IMG/VR virus record: IMGVR_UViG_3300027969_000001
Span: 32,001-96,000 of that record
Length of the DNA: 64,000 nucleotides
Direction: 5' to 3' (one strand)
Source of the DNA: a virus
Under the pieces are notes generated by a model, which was not told where the DNA came from, did not search any database, and was given only the letters and a program-made list of their open reading frames with translations. How positions within the stretch are numbered: position 1 is the first letter of the stretch; the number at the start of each line of letters is the position of its first letter. Of the stretch, positions 19,471-30,019 are shown in pieces. Both the position numbers and the translations under genes were made by a program.

Positions 19471-19875
19471 TTAGACGGCTTCTGCTTTGCTCGCAGGCTT
19501 GACTGAACCTTTGGCAGGCTTCACGAGAACTCGCACACTGTTCGTGATTTCCACGCAGGACTTGATGACCTTCTTGGTGATTTCGCCCTTGCCTACTGCG
19601 CTGTCCCACGCCTTAGTGTCAATCGCTGGCTTGGTGACCTTGCGAAACAATGCTGGCGAAAGTTGCTCACGCAATTTCTCAACAGAGAACGAACGGCGTT
19701 CTGCTGGCGAGACTTTGACATTCAGTTCTGCGAACTCGGCTTCGCTCACGCCTGCGATTGCGAATGTTGCGATAAGCAACTCTCTCGCTTCGTCATGCGC
19801 CTGCTCGGCTTGCTCTTTGGCTGTTAGAGCAGTGAGAAAAGCCTCTACTGCTTGGTTGATTGTTTCTGCTTCCAT
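19471..19875 (-). CDS. Hypothetical coiled-coil phage protein (possibly Gam-like)
   Basis: AAAGGGG RBS; promoter at 19919. Confidence 0.65.
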   Translation of the reverse strand: MEAETINQAVEAFLTALTAKEQAEQAHDEARELLIATFAIAGVSEAEFAELNVKVSPAERRSFSVEKLREQLSPALFRKVTKPAIDTKAWDSAVGKGEITKKVIKSCVEITNSVRVLVKPAKGSVKPASKAEAV

Positions 19876-20408
19876 GATGTACCCCTTTCGTGGGTGTGTA
19901 TCGCTTGTGGTACCCACAAGCGTACACGGTCAGGTACAGAACTACAACCTTTTGACTTATCTATTTACAACTCCCCTCAACCCCTCACGGTTAGCCTCTT
20001 ATTTATCACGACCCCCCATGCCTCGCCTCTCCTTTTCGCCCCTTCTCGGTTGGAGCCCCGTTCTAGTCGGGCATCATCGGGGCTCCCTTCGGCAAACCCC
20101 CCGATAGGCAAGTTCGCATGGGGAGTAGAGATAGAAAAGTGAACGATTTGGATAAGCGCAGACTGGCTCGGATTTATGCTCGGCTCACAGAAGTAGAACG
20201 GCTAGTGAGTGCCGTGCGTCTGCTCAACAGTCAGACACGGGCAAGGTTAGAGCGAAGCAAGTTCGTACTCGTGGAGAACGACTTATCTATTCAGGTAGAA
20301 AACCAAAAAAGGGAGACTCATCTGTAATAGATAAGTCTCCCTCTTTGTTGGTGTGGGCGTTTCCCTTCTGAAAGGAAGGGGGGACAGAGGTACTAAGCCC
20401 TCGCTCAA

Positions 20409-20828
20409 CTACTTTATGTAGCGAGCGACCCCTGCGTAGGTGTTGGTGCTTACTGTTTCCTCGTCTGTCATACGAAGGATACTGATAGCGTTCTCCAACT
20501 CCTCAATCTCTGATTTGATAGCCCAATGAACGAAGTCTTGTTCAGGCTCTTTTGGTGCTTTCACCGAAGCAGGAAACTCAATCGTGAGTTCGTACTTGTT
20601 GCCTTCCTCGTTACGGTAGTTGTTGTACTTGCTGACATTTGTGACCTTGCCCTTGCCTGAACGAAACAACTCCGAAAGACTGTCTTGGAAGTCTTTGACT
20701 TCTTTTTCGTATTCTTTTTTTGCTTTTTCGTAATCGGACATTTGCTTATTGCGAAAGTCAAGAGCCTTCTGTAATGCGTCAATCACTTTCTTAGTGCTGA
20801 CCTTTACATTTATGGATTTCTGTTTCAT
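20409..20828 (-). CDS. Hypothetical coiled-coil protein (start at MKQKS)
   Basis: AGGAG RBS; promoter at 20872. Confidence 0.7.
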   Translation of the reverse strand: MKQKSINVKVSTKKVIDALQKALDFRNKQMSDYEKAKKEYEKEVKDFQDSLSELFRSGKGKVTNVSKYNNYRNEEGNKYELTIEFPASVKAPKEPEQDFVHWAIKSEIEELENAISILRMTDEETVSTNTYAGVARYIK

Positions 20829-21147
20829 TTGGTTTCTCCTGCCAGCCTTGTAGGTGGGTGCTGACTCGCATACCGTACCACTCAAGGTACAGACCTACAC
20901 GCCCACTTATCTATTACATTTTTATCTCGCCCCCCCGTCCCTCGCCATGTGTTCGCAAGAAAGCCCCGACCTAGTTCGTTATCAACGGGGCTCATTCCGA
21001 AACGAGAGAACAAGAGCGCACTTGGGGGTTGAGATAGAAAAGTTGAGTTCGGGGTTGCGTAACTTATCTATTTGGAATAATCAAAAAACCGTAACGCTCG
21101 CACAACCGTAATAGATAAGTCAGGTCACCTTGGTAATAGATAAGTCA

Positions 21148-21183
21148 AAGCCCCTGTCAGCATGGGGTGGCTGACAGGGGCTA
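21148..21183 (-). terminator. GC-rich hairpin downstream of the 21198 gene
   Basis: AGCCCCTGTCAGC/GCTGACAGGGGCT. Confidence 0.55.
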
Positions 21184-21197
21184 AGGCTTGCTAAGTG

Positions 21198-21662
21198 TTA
21201 GCGCATGAAGTTGCGAATAGCGTCATTGAGACTGCCAGTTGCGCCACCTTCATCAGTAATCGTGTCATCAGGCTCGTCTTGGAAACGGAGAACGCTTACA
21301 ACATCTTCACGAGTAGCAACCACAACGAGACGAACACGACGCTTTTCAGGGTGCTGACTTGGTGGAGTGTCAAGACCAACTTCTGCGTCAAAGTCCTTGG
21401 GAAGTGGCGCAGCCCAACCCGTTGTAACTACTGCCGTGAACTCGTATGACTTAGCAACCTTACGGTCTGCCTTGTCCAGTAGGTCATAAACATCATCATG
21501 TGACGAGAGGTGAGTGAGTTTCGCTTCGTTGTTGGTGATAGTGACACCGTAGAGGCGAGATGAGGACAGTTGGAACTGGTCATCAGGATTAGTCGGGTGA
21601 CTGAGTAGGTGGTGGAGTTTGGCTTCTGCCAACTCTGCCGTAGCGAGTAATGAAAGTGTCAT
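21198..21662 (-). CDS. Hypothetical protein (start at MTLSL)
   Basis: GAAGGG RBS; promoter at 21697. Confidence 0.7.
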   Translation of the reverse strand: MTLSLLATAELAEAKLHHLLSHPTNPDDQFQLSSSRLYGVTITNNEAKLTHLSSHDDVYDLLDKADRKVAKSYEFTAVVTTGWAAPLPKDFDAEVGLDTPPSQHPEKRRVRLVVVATREDVVSVLRFQDEPDDTITDEGGATGSLNDAIRNFMR

Positions 21663-22101
21663 AGCGTTTCCCTTCGTGGTTTGTTGTGACAAGGACAGCG
21701 TACACGATTAGGTACAGAACTACAATGGCACTTATCTATTCAGAAAAAAGACTTCCACCACCGTCATTCACTAACAGGACAACCCACAACCCTTCTCGCT
21801 ATTTTTTGACTTTTTTATCACGACCCCCAAGCCCCTCGTTCGCCCTCGCCTTGGCGTGTTCGGAAAGAGCCCCGGGCATTTCGCCAACGGCGGGGCTCCA
21901 ATGGGAAAGGAAGCCGAGCCGAGTGAATTGGTTGGGTTGGGTGACTTATCTATTGCTGATACCGAGACAGCCGAGAGATAGAGCGAGCGTGTCACTCTCT
22001 GCCCTCGTGCCTATCCTCAATAGACAAGTGCCACGCCACAACGCCTGCCATGAGAGCAACACCGAGCAACGGTGAACAGAGGGCGAGTATCACGAGCGTT
22101 C

Positions 22102-22401
22102 TCATCTGTCATGTGGCATGGTCAGCACTTGCCAAGTGTCTAGGCTAGTTCCGTAGAAATCCACGAGCCGTGAGATGACAGCCCCCGTGTCTCCGTGACA
22201 ATTTGTGCGAGCGATACTCCACACCGTGTCACCCTTCTCAACATTCACCGTAGGCGTGTCACAAGTGAAGTGGGTACGGTCAGCCGTAATCCACCCCACA
22301 ACAGCACCAGCGAGAGGGAGAGAGAACAGCAGAACAATAAGCGAGGTAGTGCCGAAAGCGAAACGCCTACGCTTGTACTTATCTATTACCATTTCACGCA
22401 C
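22102..22401 (-). CDS. Membrane-anchored LysM-domain protein
   Basis: TM segment followed by VEKGDTVWSIA. Confidence 0.75.
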   Translation of the reverse strand: MREMVIDKYKRRRFAFGTTSLIVLLFSLPLAGAVVGWITADRTHFTCDTPTVNVEKGDTVWSIARTNCHGDTGAVISRLVDFYGTSLDTWQVLTMPHDR

Positions 22402-22825
22402 TCACTTTCATAGCGTCTGCCCACGAATAATTTGCAATTTCTGCCAATGTTTGATTTTCGTCTAATCCCTCTACGGCATAAACGGTGACACCATCTTTAC
22501 GCATTACATACACATAGTCAGCCCATGAGAACGATTTGTCCTCTGGCGCATACCACGCATACTCGTCATCAGGCGTATCGGTGTGAAAAATACCGTAGCC
22601 CTCGCAGTAGTTATCGCTTGCAGTTTCCTCACGAGGTTCGGTGGTGATTACTGACCAAGAGTTGTGGTCGTGCAAAAGCGTCTGAACCACTTTCGCTAAT
22701 CCGTCACGCTCTCGCAGTTCAGCCAAGAGAGGCACGATACGAGATGGGTAGTTGTCCCAATGAGCGTAACGCCCATGCCACCTGCCCCCTGCTAGTTCGC
22801 TTGCGATTATTGCTCGTGTACTCAT
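22394..22825 (-). CDS. Conserved phage protein (MSTRA.I...Y.HWD.YP motif)
   Basis: Motif pattern; operon context. Confidence 0.7.
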   Translation of the reverse strand: MSTRAIIASELAGGRWHGRYAHWDNYPSRIVPLLAELRERDGLAKVVQTLLHDHNSWSVITTEPREETASDNYCEGYGIFHTDTPDDEYAWYAPEDKSFSWADYVYVMRKDGVTVYAVEGLDENQTLAEIANYSWADAMKVSA

Positions 22826-22826
22826 G

Positions 22827-23132
22827 TTATTTACCCACCGTGATTACAGGGCGAGTGCCGAACATTGAGAAGTGCGCTTCCAATGGGTACGCCTCTAACA
22901 AACTCTTGTAGTGAGATGGATAGTTCGCATACGCCAAGAAATAATCGCTTGCGTCAATGATGGTAGTGATGGTGACATTCTCAATGTCTGAAAGGTCAAT
23001 AATCAGCAATACCGAATTATCTCGGCTTGCTCGCACATACGCTTGTGCGCCGTTGTAGTGGTACACGAGGTGTTTGCTCGCCTGCTGGTCAATAAACCTC
23101 GCAGTTGTCATGTGGTCATTGTTCATAGTCAT
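22827..23132 (-). CDS. Hypothetical protein
   Basis: AAGGA RBS; promoter at 23161. Confidence 0.6.
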   Translation of the reverse strand: MTMNNDHMTTARFIDQQASKHLVYHYNGAQAYVRASRDNSVLLIIDLSDIENVTITTIIDASDYFLAYANYPSHYKSLLEAYPLEAHFSMFGTRPVITVGK

Positions 23133-23541
23133 TTCGTTTCCTTCCGTTTGACTTGCTTGCAGAATACCAGTAGAGGTACAAACCTACAACCCTGCCCACT
23201 TATCTATTACCAACACGCCCGACCCACTCACAATCTGACTTTTTTATCACGACCCCCCATGCTCACAAAAGCGTCAAAAAAGACGCTTTCTGTTGGAGCC
23301 CCGACCTCGCTCGTTTCCATCGGGGCTCCCCTCGTGCGTGACGCTTTGCTCGCATGACGGGGGTAGAGATAGAAATGTGGAGTTCTATCGGGTTGCGAAC
23401 TTTATCGCACGGCTTGTATCGGTGGAGTGAGTTCGCTCACGCACGGGCGCACGGCTCGTATCTGTAATAGATAAGTCCACGCACACAGCAAAGCCCTGAC
23501 CTATCCGTAATAGATAAGTCAGGGCAAAGGCTGTTAGAGGG

Positions 23542-23850
23542 CTACTCGGACTCGCACCTGCCACACAGGTAGTCAGCACCCCAAGCGTCACCCACATAAT
23601 TACCGTGCTTACAGTAGAGGCTCGCCTGATACTCACGCTCACGGTTCTCACGGGCTTCACATTCCTCGTAGTACGCCTCGTAATGCTTCTCACAGCGTGG
23701 GAAGGTAACGAACGCACCCGAACGGTAGTAGCGCACGGGGATAGTCACCTCGTAGTTCACGGAGCCTTCGCACGGGGAGTCAGGATTATCGTAATCAAGA
23801 CAATCCTCATGCGTCAGTTCGGGCGTATCGGACTTATCTATGTCAGTCAT
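23542..23850 (-). CDS. Small Cys/His-rich protein (start at MTDIDKS)
   Basis: AAAGG RBS; CxxH and CxxC motifs. Confidence 0.55.
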   Translation of the reverse strand: MTDIDKSDTPELTHEDCLDYDNPDSPCEGSVNYEVTIPVRYYRSGAFVTFPRCEKHYEAYYEECEARENREREYQASLYCKHGNYVGDAWGADYLCGRCESE

Positions 23851-23851
23851 G

Positions 23852-24340
23852 TCAGACCTTTCCAGCACAGGTGCTACCCATGCCCCTAGCAACGCTCTTA
23901 GGGTCAGTTAGGTCTGCCCCACAGATAACGCACATTGAGTACAGCAAGCCAAGTTCAGCGCACTCGGCAATAGTCATACGCATACTCGCAGTAAGGCGAT
24001 AGAACGCCCCACGCTCAAAGACAATGCGCTCGGACTTCGTTGTGCCTTCGGGAACGAAACGCATGGCGTACATTCCTGATTTATCCTTGTTGTACTTCAC
24101 ACGATAAACAACGCCGTCAGCATTGCGATACATACCGATTTCGGTAACAGGGTCAAGGTTCGCAGGCGCACTCGCCTTAGCCTTCGCCATGCTCGCCTCT
24201 ACGGCTTCTATCTGCTTGATAGTGAGAGAGCCGAAACGGTCTAGCGAACTAAGTACGCTCGCATAGAACGAATTACTCTTAGCGTTCTCACGCAAGAAAT
24301 TAGCGATTATTTCTAATCGGTCTAGTGGTGGTGTGGTCAT
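23852..24340 (-). CDS. DUF6011-like Zn-finger protein
   Basis: CVICGADLTDPKSVARGMGSTC; promoter at 24374. Confidence 0.7.
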   Translation of the reverse strand: MTTPPLDRLEIIANFLRENAKSNSFYASVLSSLDRFGSLTIKQIEAVEASMAKAKASAPANLDPVTEIGMYRNADGVVYRVKYNKDKSGMYAMRFVPEGTTKSERIVFERGAFYRLTASMRMTIAECAELGLLYSMCVICGADLTDPKSVARGMGSTCAGKV

Positions 24341-24681
24341 GTCTTACCCCTTCTAAGTAGTTTGACTACTCGTACAATACCAGCAAAGGTACGGAACTAC
24401 TAGGGGACTTATCTATTCAGTATCGGCTCGCAGTATCCACTCGGATACGCTCGCAGTTGGCTCGCATACTTCGCTCGGACTTATCTATTCAGTAATCACC
24501 CACGCCTCGCACCTACCAGCACCAGCACTCTTTTTTATCTCTACCCCCGTTGCGCCCCCACCCGTCACTTCTCGGTGGGGGCCCCGTTCGCGCTGAGTCA
24601 TGCCGGGGCTCCCATCGGGCGCAAGGTCAAGCCTTGACCTACCCGTGAGAGTAAGTCAAGGCGAGACTATCTAGCACTTAT

Positions 24682-25116
24682 CTATTCAGGAAAGGCGCTA
24701 GCCCTTGCGAGTAATCCCGTAAGTATGCCGTCAGCGTAGTAGTCAGGCGCTGTGCCGTCTAGGTACTTGCCCAATGAGGCTAGGACTGTGCGCTCAAACT
24801 CGGCGAAGGACTTATCGCCGTAGCGCCCCACCGCTTGCGTGGCAAACTTGGTAGCAGGGTAGGTAGCGAAGTCAAAGACGGTAAATGATGTCACGCTCAT
24901 GGTGGCGTGTGGTTGCCAGTGAACTAGACGGATAGTTGCCTCATACTGCTTGCGCTTAGCGTCATGGCTGAACTCAAGTTCTATTTGCTCACCCCACAAG
25001 TCATTGCTGTGGACATGCGGAATGTCTACCTTTGAGGACTGCCAACGGTAGGTGACCTCACGGTCACGCTCACGGCGCTTGGCTTGCGCTAGTAGGTTGG
25101 TGGTTGCTGTGGTCAT
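24682..25116 (-). CDS. Hypothetical protein
   Basis: GAAGGGG RBS; promoter at 25149. Confidence 0.7.
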   Translation of the reverse strand: MTTATTNLLAQAKRRERDREVTYRWQSSKVDIPHVHSNDLWGEQIELEFSHDAKRKQYEATIRLVHWQPHATMSVTSFTVFDFATYPATKFATQAVGRYGDKSFAEFERTVLASLGKYLDGTAPDYYADGILTGLLARASAFPE

Positions 25117-25487
25117 GGTTACCCCTTCATGGTTGTTTGACTACTCGCATAGTACCATCGTAGGTACGGAACTACTGTGGGACTTATCTATTACCGATAC
25201 GCTCACGCCTCGCCACTCGGCAACCCCCGATAGTTGGGCTTATCTATCTCAACCCCCGTCACAGCCTCGGAGTCTCTCGGACTCTTACGGTTGGAGCCCC
25301 GTTCGCGCTCGGTTCCCTCGGGGCTCCCATCGGGAAGGGCGCTTCCCTACTCTTGGGGGTCGTGATAAAAAAGTTTCATCTAATCGGTCAGGGTCTTTCT
25401 TTCATAGATAAGTCTCGGTGGAGGTTTGTACCTCACCATGTACTCTGTGTCCAGTTGGGGGATGGTCTCCCAGCAGGAAGGGATGCC

Positions 25488-26009
25488 ATGTTCGGTGTTG
25501 TTCAGCAGTTGGAGGACGAAGAGGTGCAGGCTCGCACTGTGCTTTTCGTTTACGAAGTCAAAGAGGAAGGCGATGCACTCGCTGTGGTTGGAACATTCCA
25601 CCCCAACTTCTTTGACCAAGACATTGTCAATCTCATCAAGGAAGAGCGCCAGTGCTCTTACAACCAAGCAGAGGACGACGAGCAGGGTTCAGCGATGGAA
25701 GCCTGTGGTTGCATTTGGTGCCTCACCGAAGGCACGGGCTATCTCAATTGGGGAAGCAACGGATGGGATGACATTCCGAGAGGGTTCGCATTTGTGCAGT
25801 TTCCAAAAAGCGCTGCAATCGCCGAAGGCTCGCTCATTCTTGTTGAAGGCAAGTGGCTCTCCGAGGACATCCACGGCGTTTCGGAAACCAAGTCCGTTAT
25901 CAACTACGAGACCACAATGGTGGAGACCTCGCATGGCACCTACCCCGAAGCCGAGTGCCTTGCAGTTGAGCATTGGGAGTTGCTACCAGCACTCCCAGCC
26001 AATCGGTAA
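25488..26009 (+). CDS. Hypothetical protein (start at MFGVV)
   Basis: Promoter at 25420-25446; AGGAAGG RBS. Confidence 0.65.
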   Translation: MFGVVQQLEDEEVQARTVLFVYEVKEEGDALAVVGTFHPNFFDQDIVNLIKEERQCSYNQAEDDEQGSAMEACGCIWCLTEGTGYLNWGSNGWDDIPRGFAFVQFPKSAAIAEGSLILVEGKWLSEDIHGVSETKSVINYETTMVETSHGTYPEAECLAVEHWELLPALPANR

Positions 26010-26267
26010 TAGATAAGTCATCAACCACTCTGAGTGAAAGAAGAACTCGCTCAGAGTGATGACCAAGGAAGCCCCGGCTCGCTCGTTCCCAACGGGGCTC
26101 CCTTGCGCTTCGCTTGCTTCGGTGGTGGGGGTCGTGATAAAAAAGTCTGCTCCTCGTTGCGAGGGAGAAGCTCGGGTTATCTGTAATAGATAAGTACCCC
26201 TAGCAGTTCTGTACCTATTGGGTTACTATTGAGTGACCACATAACACTTTCCTGAAGGGGGAACTAA

Positions 26268-26681
26268 ATGTCAAAAATAGATTATGACGGAATACAACTT
26301 TCGTACGAGGCTCAAGTTATTGAGTCAGATAAAAAGTTGCTTGATGCTTTACTTGATGCCGTGAAAGATGAAGAACTTGCACCTTTCACATTCCACATGG
26401 AGTGGGTCATCTGTGATTACTGCCGTGGCAACGGTGGACACTCTCGCCGTTTCGGTGCAATGAGTTCAGAAGAGTTTGCAGAGTGGAGCGATGAGTCTCG
26501 TGAAGCGTACTTGCGTGGTGCTTACGATGACCGTTGTGAAGCGTGTGATGGAAGTGGAAAGGTCTATGAGATGAACGAAGGCGCATTGCCTGAAGAAGTT
26601 ATTGAGTTCATTGACAACTACCGTCAGTACGCATTTGATAGCGCATCTGAAAGTCGTGCTGAACGAATGGCAGGTTGCTGA
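26268..26681 (+). CDS. Protein with two CxxCxGxG Zn-finger repeats
   Basis: CDYCRGNG...CEACDGSG; promoter at 26203. Confidence 0.7.
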   Translation: MSKIDYDGIQLSYEAQVIESDKKLLDALLDAVKDEELAPFTFHMEWVICDYCRGNGGHSRRFGAMSSEEFAEWSDESREAYLRGAYDDRCEACDGSGKVYEMNEGALPEEVIEFIDNYRQYAFDSASESRAERMAGC

Positions 26682-26920
26682 TGTTTACTTACCGTGTAAC
26701 TGTTCAGGTCACGCTTGATGTTGAGGCAGAAGATGACGATGGAGCAATGGCAGTAGCAATGCAGAATGTCAGTGCTCGCATAGGCGATGACCGTACAACA
26801 CCTCTCCACGAAAGAACTGATGCAATGTGGGTGACAGGCATTGCTGAAAGAGATTACGAATACTTTTGTTACAAGCAACCATTCCCACTATGGGTAATAG
26901 ATAAGTCAGAGGACTACTAA
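26681..26920 (+). CDS. Hypothetical protein
   Basis: TGATG coupling. Confidence 0.55.
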   Translation: MFTYRVTVQVTLDVEAEDDDGAMAVAMQNVSARIGDDRTTPLHERTDAMWVTGIAERDYEYFCYKQPFPLWVIDKSEDY

Positions 26921-26922
26921 TC

Positions 26923-27213
26923 ATGAATAACAAAAGCGATAGTTATTACACACTTAGGTCTGTCATTCGTTTTATCTTTTGGGGAACGATACTCGCAGTA
27001 ATCATGTGGATTGTTACAACATCTATTGCAGTTTTTGCATCTGATGAAACACCCGATTGTGATGTGACATTAGAGCGTGACTTCACATGGAACGCTCGTG
27101 AGTTCGCAGTGCTCAATCCAACCAAGACGCTTGCAGATTGCCGTCATTACCAAAGCGTTGTTCTCAATGAGAACGGCACATGGGAATGGTACGACCCATA
27201 CATGGACTCATAG
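26923..27213 (+). CDS. Membrane-anchored hypothetical protein
   Basis: One TM segment; GAGG RBS. Confidence 0.6.
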   Translation: MNNKSDSYYTLRSVIRFIFWGTILAVIMWIVTTSIAVFASDETPDCDVTLERDFTWNAREFAVLNPTKTLADCRHYQSVVLNENGTWEWYDPYMDS

Positions 27214-27314
27214 AAAGGATTGATTATGGTTTTTTTATTTGTTATTGCAGTAACGCTTGCAGTTCTAATAGCAATAGTTCGTGACGATAGATGGTGGTGA
27301 ACACTTATCTATTA

Positions 27315-27626
27315 CTAATCAAACGAACGAGACACTGGTAAGTCGCATTGCAAACAATCGTAATGTGCAAGTGTCTTTTTTGTTTTTCTCTTGACGATGT
27401 ACGCAGATGAAAGATGACCACCACCTTCGTACTCACTCAACAATGCTTGATGCGTTTTTATCTCTTCGCTGTTGAGACCTAAGTCCTCGGCGCAGTACGC
27501 ACAGATGTAGCCATCGGCAATCTCGTCATAGATGACAGATGTAGTCATGTCATCTTGCTCGTACTCATCAGAGAACTGGTTGGTGCTAGTTGCAAAGTAC
27601 GGTTGGAGTGCTTTTGTTTTTTTCAT
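27315..27626 (-). CDS. Hypothetical Zn-binding protein
   Basis: Two CxxC motifs; GAGG RBS. Confidence 0.55.
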   Translation of the reverse strand: MKKTKALQPYFATSTNQFSDEYEQDDMTTSVIYDEIADGYICAYCAEDLGLNSEEIKTHQALLSEYEGGGHLSSAYIVKRKTKKTLAHYDCLQCDLPVSRSFD

Positions 27627-28219
27627 TTTTTCCTCTCACCTCTTATGAGGTTGCTTGTGTTTTACAATCGGACATTTTTTCTTACATCTTTTACAAGAGT
27701 CCTTGCATCTCTTTATGTCAAAAGTTTTTGTCCGTTACCTATTAGACGTGTCATCGTCTCCGTTTCTGAAAACGATGCTCGCAGTTGATAGAAGCGTCAT
27801 CTTGATACGAAAACGAAACGACTTATCTATTCAGTAATAGAAAGCAGGCTTCGCTCGGAGAAAGTAAGCGAGTCAGCAACTTTTCTATCTCTACCCCCGT
27901 TGCAAGGCAGTTATGCCAGCGCATGGGAGCCCCGATGCTGTTCGCTCCTAACGGGGCTTCTACCTCGCGCGCGTGACGCCGAGAGCAGCAAGCTTGGGGG
28001 GTCGCGATAAATAAGCAAGATTTCAGCTGGGAGCTGGGAGCTGGGAGCTGGCGAAATAAGGGATAGATAAGTGGTTTAAATCTTTTACAAAACTGACCGA
28101 TTGCAAAACGCAACTCCTTGCAAATAAAGGGTTTGCGGTCGTAAAAATGTAGGTTTGTACCTACTTTTGTATAATCCGCGCACGCCCACAACCACCACAA
28201 CAACCCACAAGGAGCCCAC

Positions 28220-28321
28220 ATGAAGCCACACGATAAGAACAGCCGCCCACCTACCTCATTCGTAGGCGGCGCAGGTCATTGGAATAAGCGCGGCAAATCA
28301 AAGCCAAAAGATAAAAAGTAA
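28220..28321 (+). CDS. 33-aa basic microprotein (not in the ORF track)
   Basis: AAGGAG RBS directly after the promoter with a TATAAT -10; MKPHDKNSRPPTSFVGGAGHWNKRGKSKPKDKK. Confidence 0.5.
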   Translation: MKPHDKNSRPPTSFVGGAGHWNKRGKSKPKDKK

Positions 28322-28348
28322 TTCGGACAAAGGAAGGAACCACACCCG

Positions 28349-28957
28349 ATGAACACACACCCACACCACGCAGCAGTAGTAGACGCAATCAAGGCGCTAC
28401 CTGCTTACACAGACCCGCAGACATTCTTTGAGTCAGAACTAGCCGAGTGCTACTCAGACGAGGAGCTTGTAGAAACATTCGGCTGGGACGGAGACAAGGC
28501 GCTCACAATCAAGCAGGCGCTCAAAGCAGTCAAGGAGCTTTGCGAGCTTCGTCAAGATGTTTACGGCTGGATTATTGAGGAAGGCGACCGAGAGCGCGAA
28601 GCAGAGCAAGAGGCGTACAAGCGCTGGCGCGAAGAACAAGAGGCAGCTAGCCGTTGTGGTTGGCTCGTAGAGCGCTCATGGGAAGCAGCTTTCCCATTCG
28701 TGCCGAACCCCGAATACACAGATGAGGAGAACGCCGAACACAGGCAGTGGCACGGTGAAAGCCTCGGTGAACGAGCAGCAGAGTCAGGCAACCGCTACGC
28801 AATCGTTGATTGTGGTGCGAAGCTCGCAGATGTCATTCGCAACGGCGTGCGAGTTGGTTGGGAGTGCGAAGCAGGTCACCGTTCCATCAGCATGGAACAC
28901 ATGACGCAAGAGGAGCAGGACGAGCAATACCGCTTGGATTACGAGGACAGCTACTAG
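28349..28957 (+). CDS. Hypothetical acidic protein
   Basis: AAGGAAGG RBS. Confidence 0.7.
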   Translation: MNTHPHHAAVVDAIKALPAYTDPQTFFESELAECYSDEELVETFGWDGDKALTIKQALKAVKELCELRQDVYGWIIEEGDREREAEQEAYKRWREEQEAASRCGWLVERSWEAAFPFVPNPEYTDEENAEHRQWHGESLGERAAESGNRYAIVDCGAKLADVIRNGVRVGWECEAGHRSISMEHMTQEEQDEQYRLDYEDSY

Positions 28958-29123
28958 CCACCTCTTGGAATAGATAAGTTCTCCCCACGCCCCCACCCCC
29001 CCTTCCATCAGGGGCGTGGGGTTTATCGCAGGGACAAGCCCCGTTCGGGTTCGTTTCCGTCGGGGCTCTCATCGTTAGCGCGAAATGTCCGTAGGTCTGT
29101 ACCTCCCCGGGTACTCTGTGGCC

Positions 29124-29453
29124 ATGACAAAAAAACACTTCACCGATTACACCAAAGCCGAAGCATGGGCCGAGAAAAACAACCTCGCCCTAGAACCCAT
29201 CGGAACCTGCTGGGAGGAGCACACAGTGGCCTCATGGAAGAGCGATACCACCCGTATCGAAATATGGATTCAGGAGATGGAATACGCAGCAGAGCACGAG
29301 CGTGGCGGATACATCCCTTGCCTTGTGGATTGCCCTGTAGTCCTCGTGTGGGACGGCCTAGAGGCCAATGCGCCCTACACGCTCCACCCTGACTTCTGCA
29401 CGCTCACAGAGGCTCGCAAGGGCTTCGATGAGTTGGTCAGGCAAGCGAGTTAG
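29124..29453 (+). CDS. Hypothetical protein, probably leaderless (start at MTKKH)
   Basis: ATG lies 6 nt after the -10 box TACTCT. Confidence 0.6.
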   Translation: MTKKHFTDYTKAEAWAEKNNLALEPIGTCWEEHTVASWKSDTTRIEIWIQEMEYAAEHERGGYIPCLVDCPVVLVWDGLEANAPYTLHPDFCTLTEARKGFDELVRQAS

Positions 29454-29737
29454 ACACCCGGTGAACTTTTTCTCCCCGGCACGAAATTCCCTGCCGGGGA
29501 GAAATTCCGGCGGGTTTTTTCTTCACCGGAATTTCTTGCCGGAATCGGAAAGATTTTGCGCTAATGGTAGAAGCCCCGTTCTCGTTCGTTCTCTATTGTT
29601 TCGAACGGGGCTCTCATCGGCTCGGGTGTTCGGCGCGAACAACACGCGATGGGGGTTGTGATAGATAAGTGTAGGTCTGTACCTGACCAGGTACGATGCT
29701 TGTACGGCGGGAAGTACCCGCCCATGAAGGGAAAGTC

Positions 29738-30019
29738 ATGAAGCAAGTAACAATCACATGGAAAGCGTTCGGCGAACCAACATCGGCTGCACTCGCGCTT
29801 GACACGAGCGCAAGCGCGTTGGAGATATGCGATGCAATATTCCACCAAACGAATGTTTACGCTGGTCCGATATGGGACGAACTGGAACCGCTCCTGCCAG
29901 CCACACGCACACACACTGCGCTTTCAGTTGGAGACGAAGTCACAGTTGATGGCGAAGTGATTCGGTGCGAGCCAATGGGTTGGGCTACCAGGTTCATCGC
30001 TGACGCTCTTACTGAATAG
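29738..30019 (+). CDS. YodL-like small protein
   Basis: HTALSVGDEV.V......C...GW. Confidence 0.6.
   Translation: MKQVTITWKAFGEPTSAALALDTSASALEICDAIFHQTNVYAGPIWDELEPLLPATRTHTALSVGDEVTVDGEVIRCEPMGWATRFIADALTE

Larger units (their letters stand above)
6640..21776 (+). repeat. Dispersed motif C, TCATCCACCACCGTCA-N5-TAACG (7 copies)
   Basis: Copies at 6640, 7962, 8655, 10237, 16540, 18360, 21753, all in the same orientation. Confidence 0.85.

Noticed and set aside
20338-20392. Fourth anti-RBS RNA (GCGTTTCCCTTC matches the 21662 leader)
   Set aside because: The motif is sequestered in a local stem and the strand is ambiguous; it may be a leader remnant.
6640-21776. GGTGGTGG within motif C as a Chi site
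   Set aside because: Conservation extends over ~26 bp with a bipartite layout, more like an operator; no known Chi sequence for the host.
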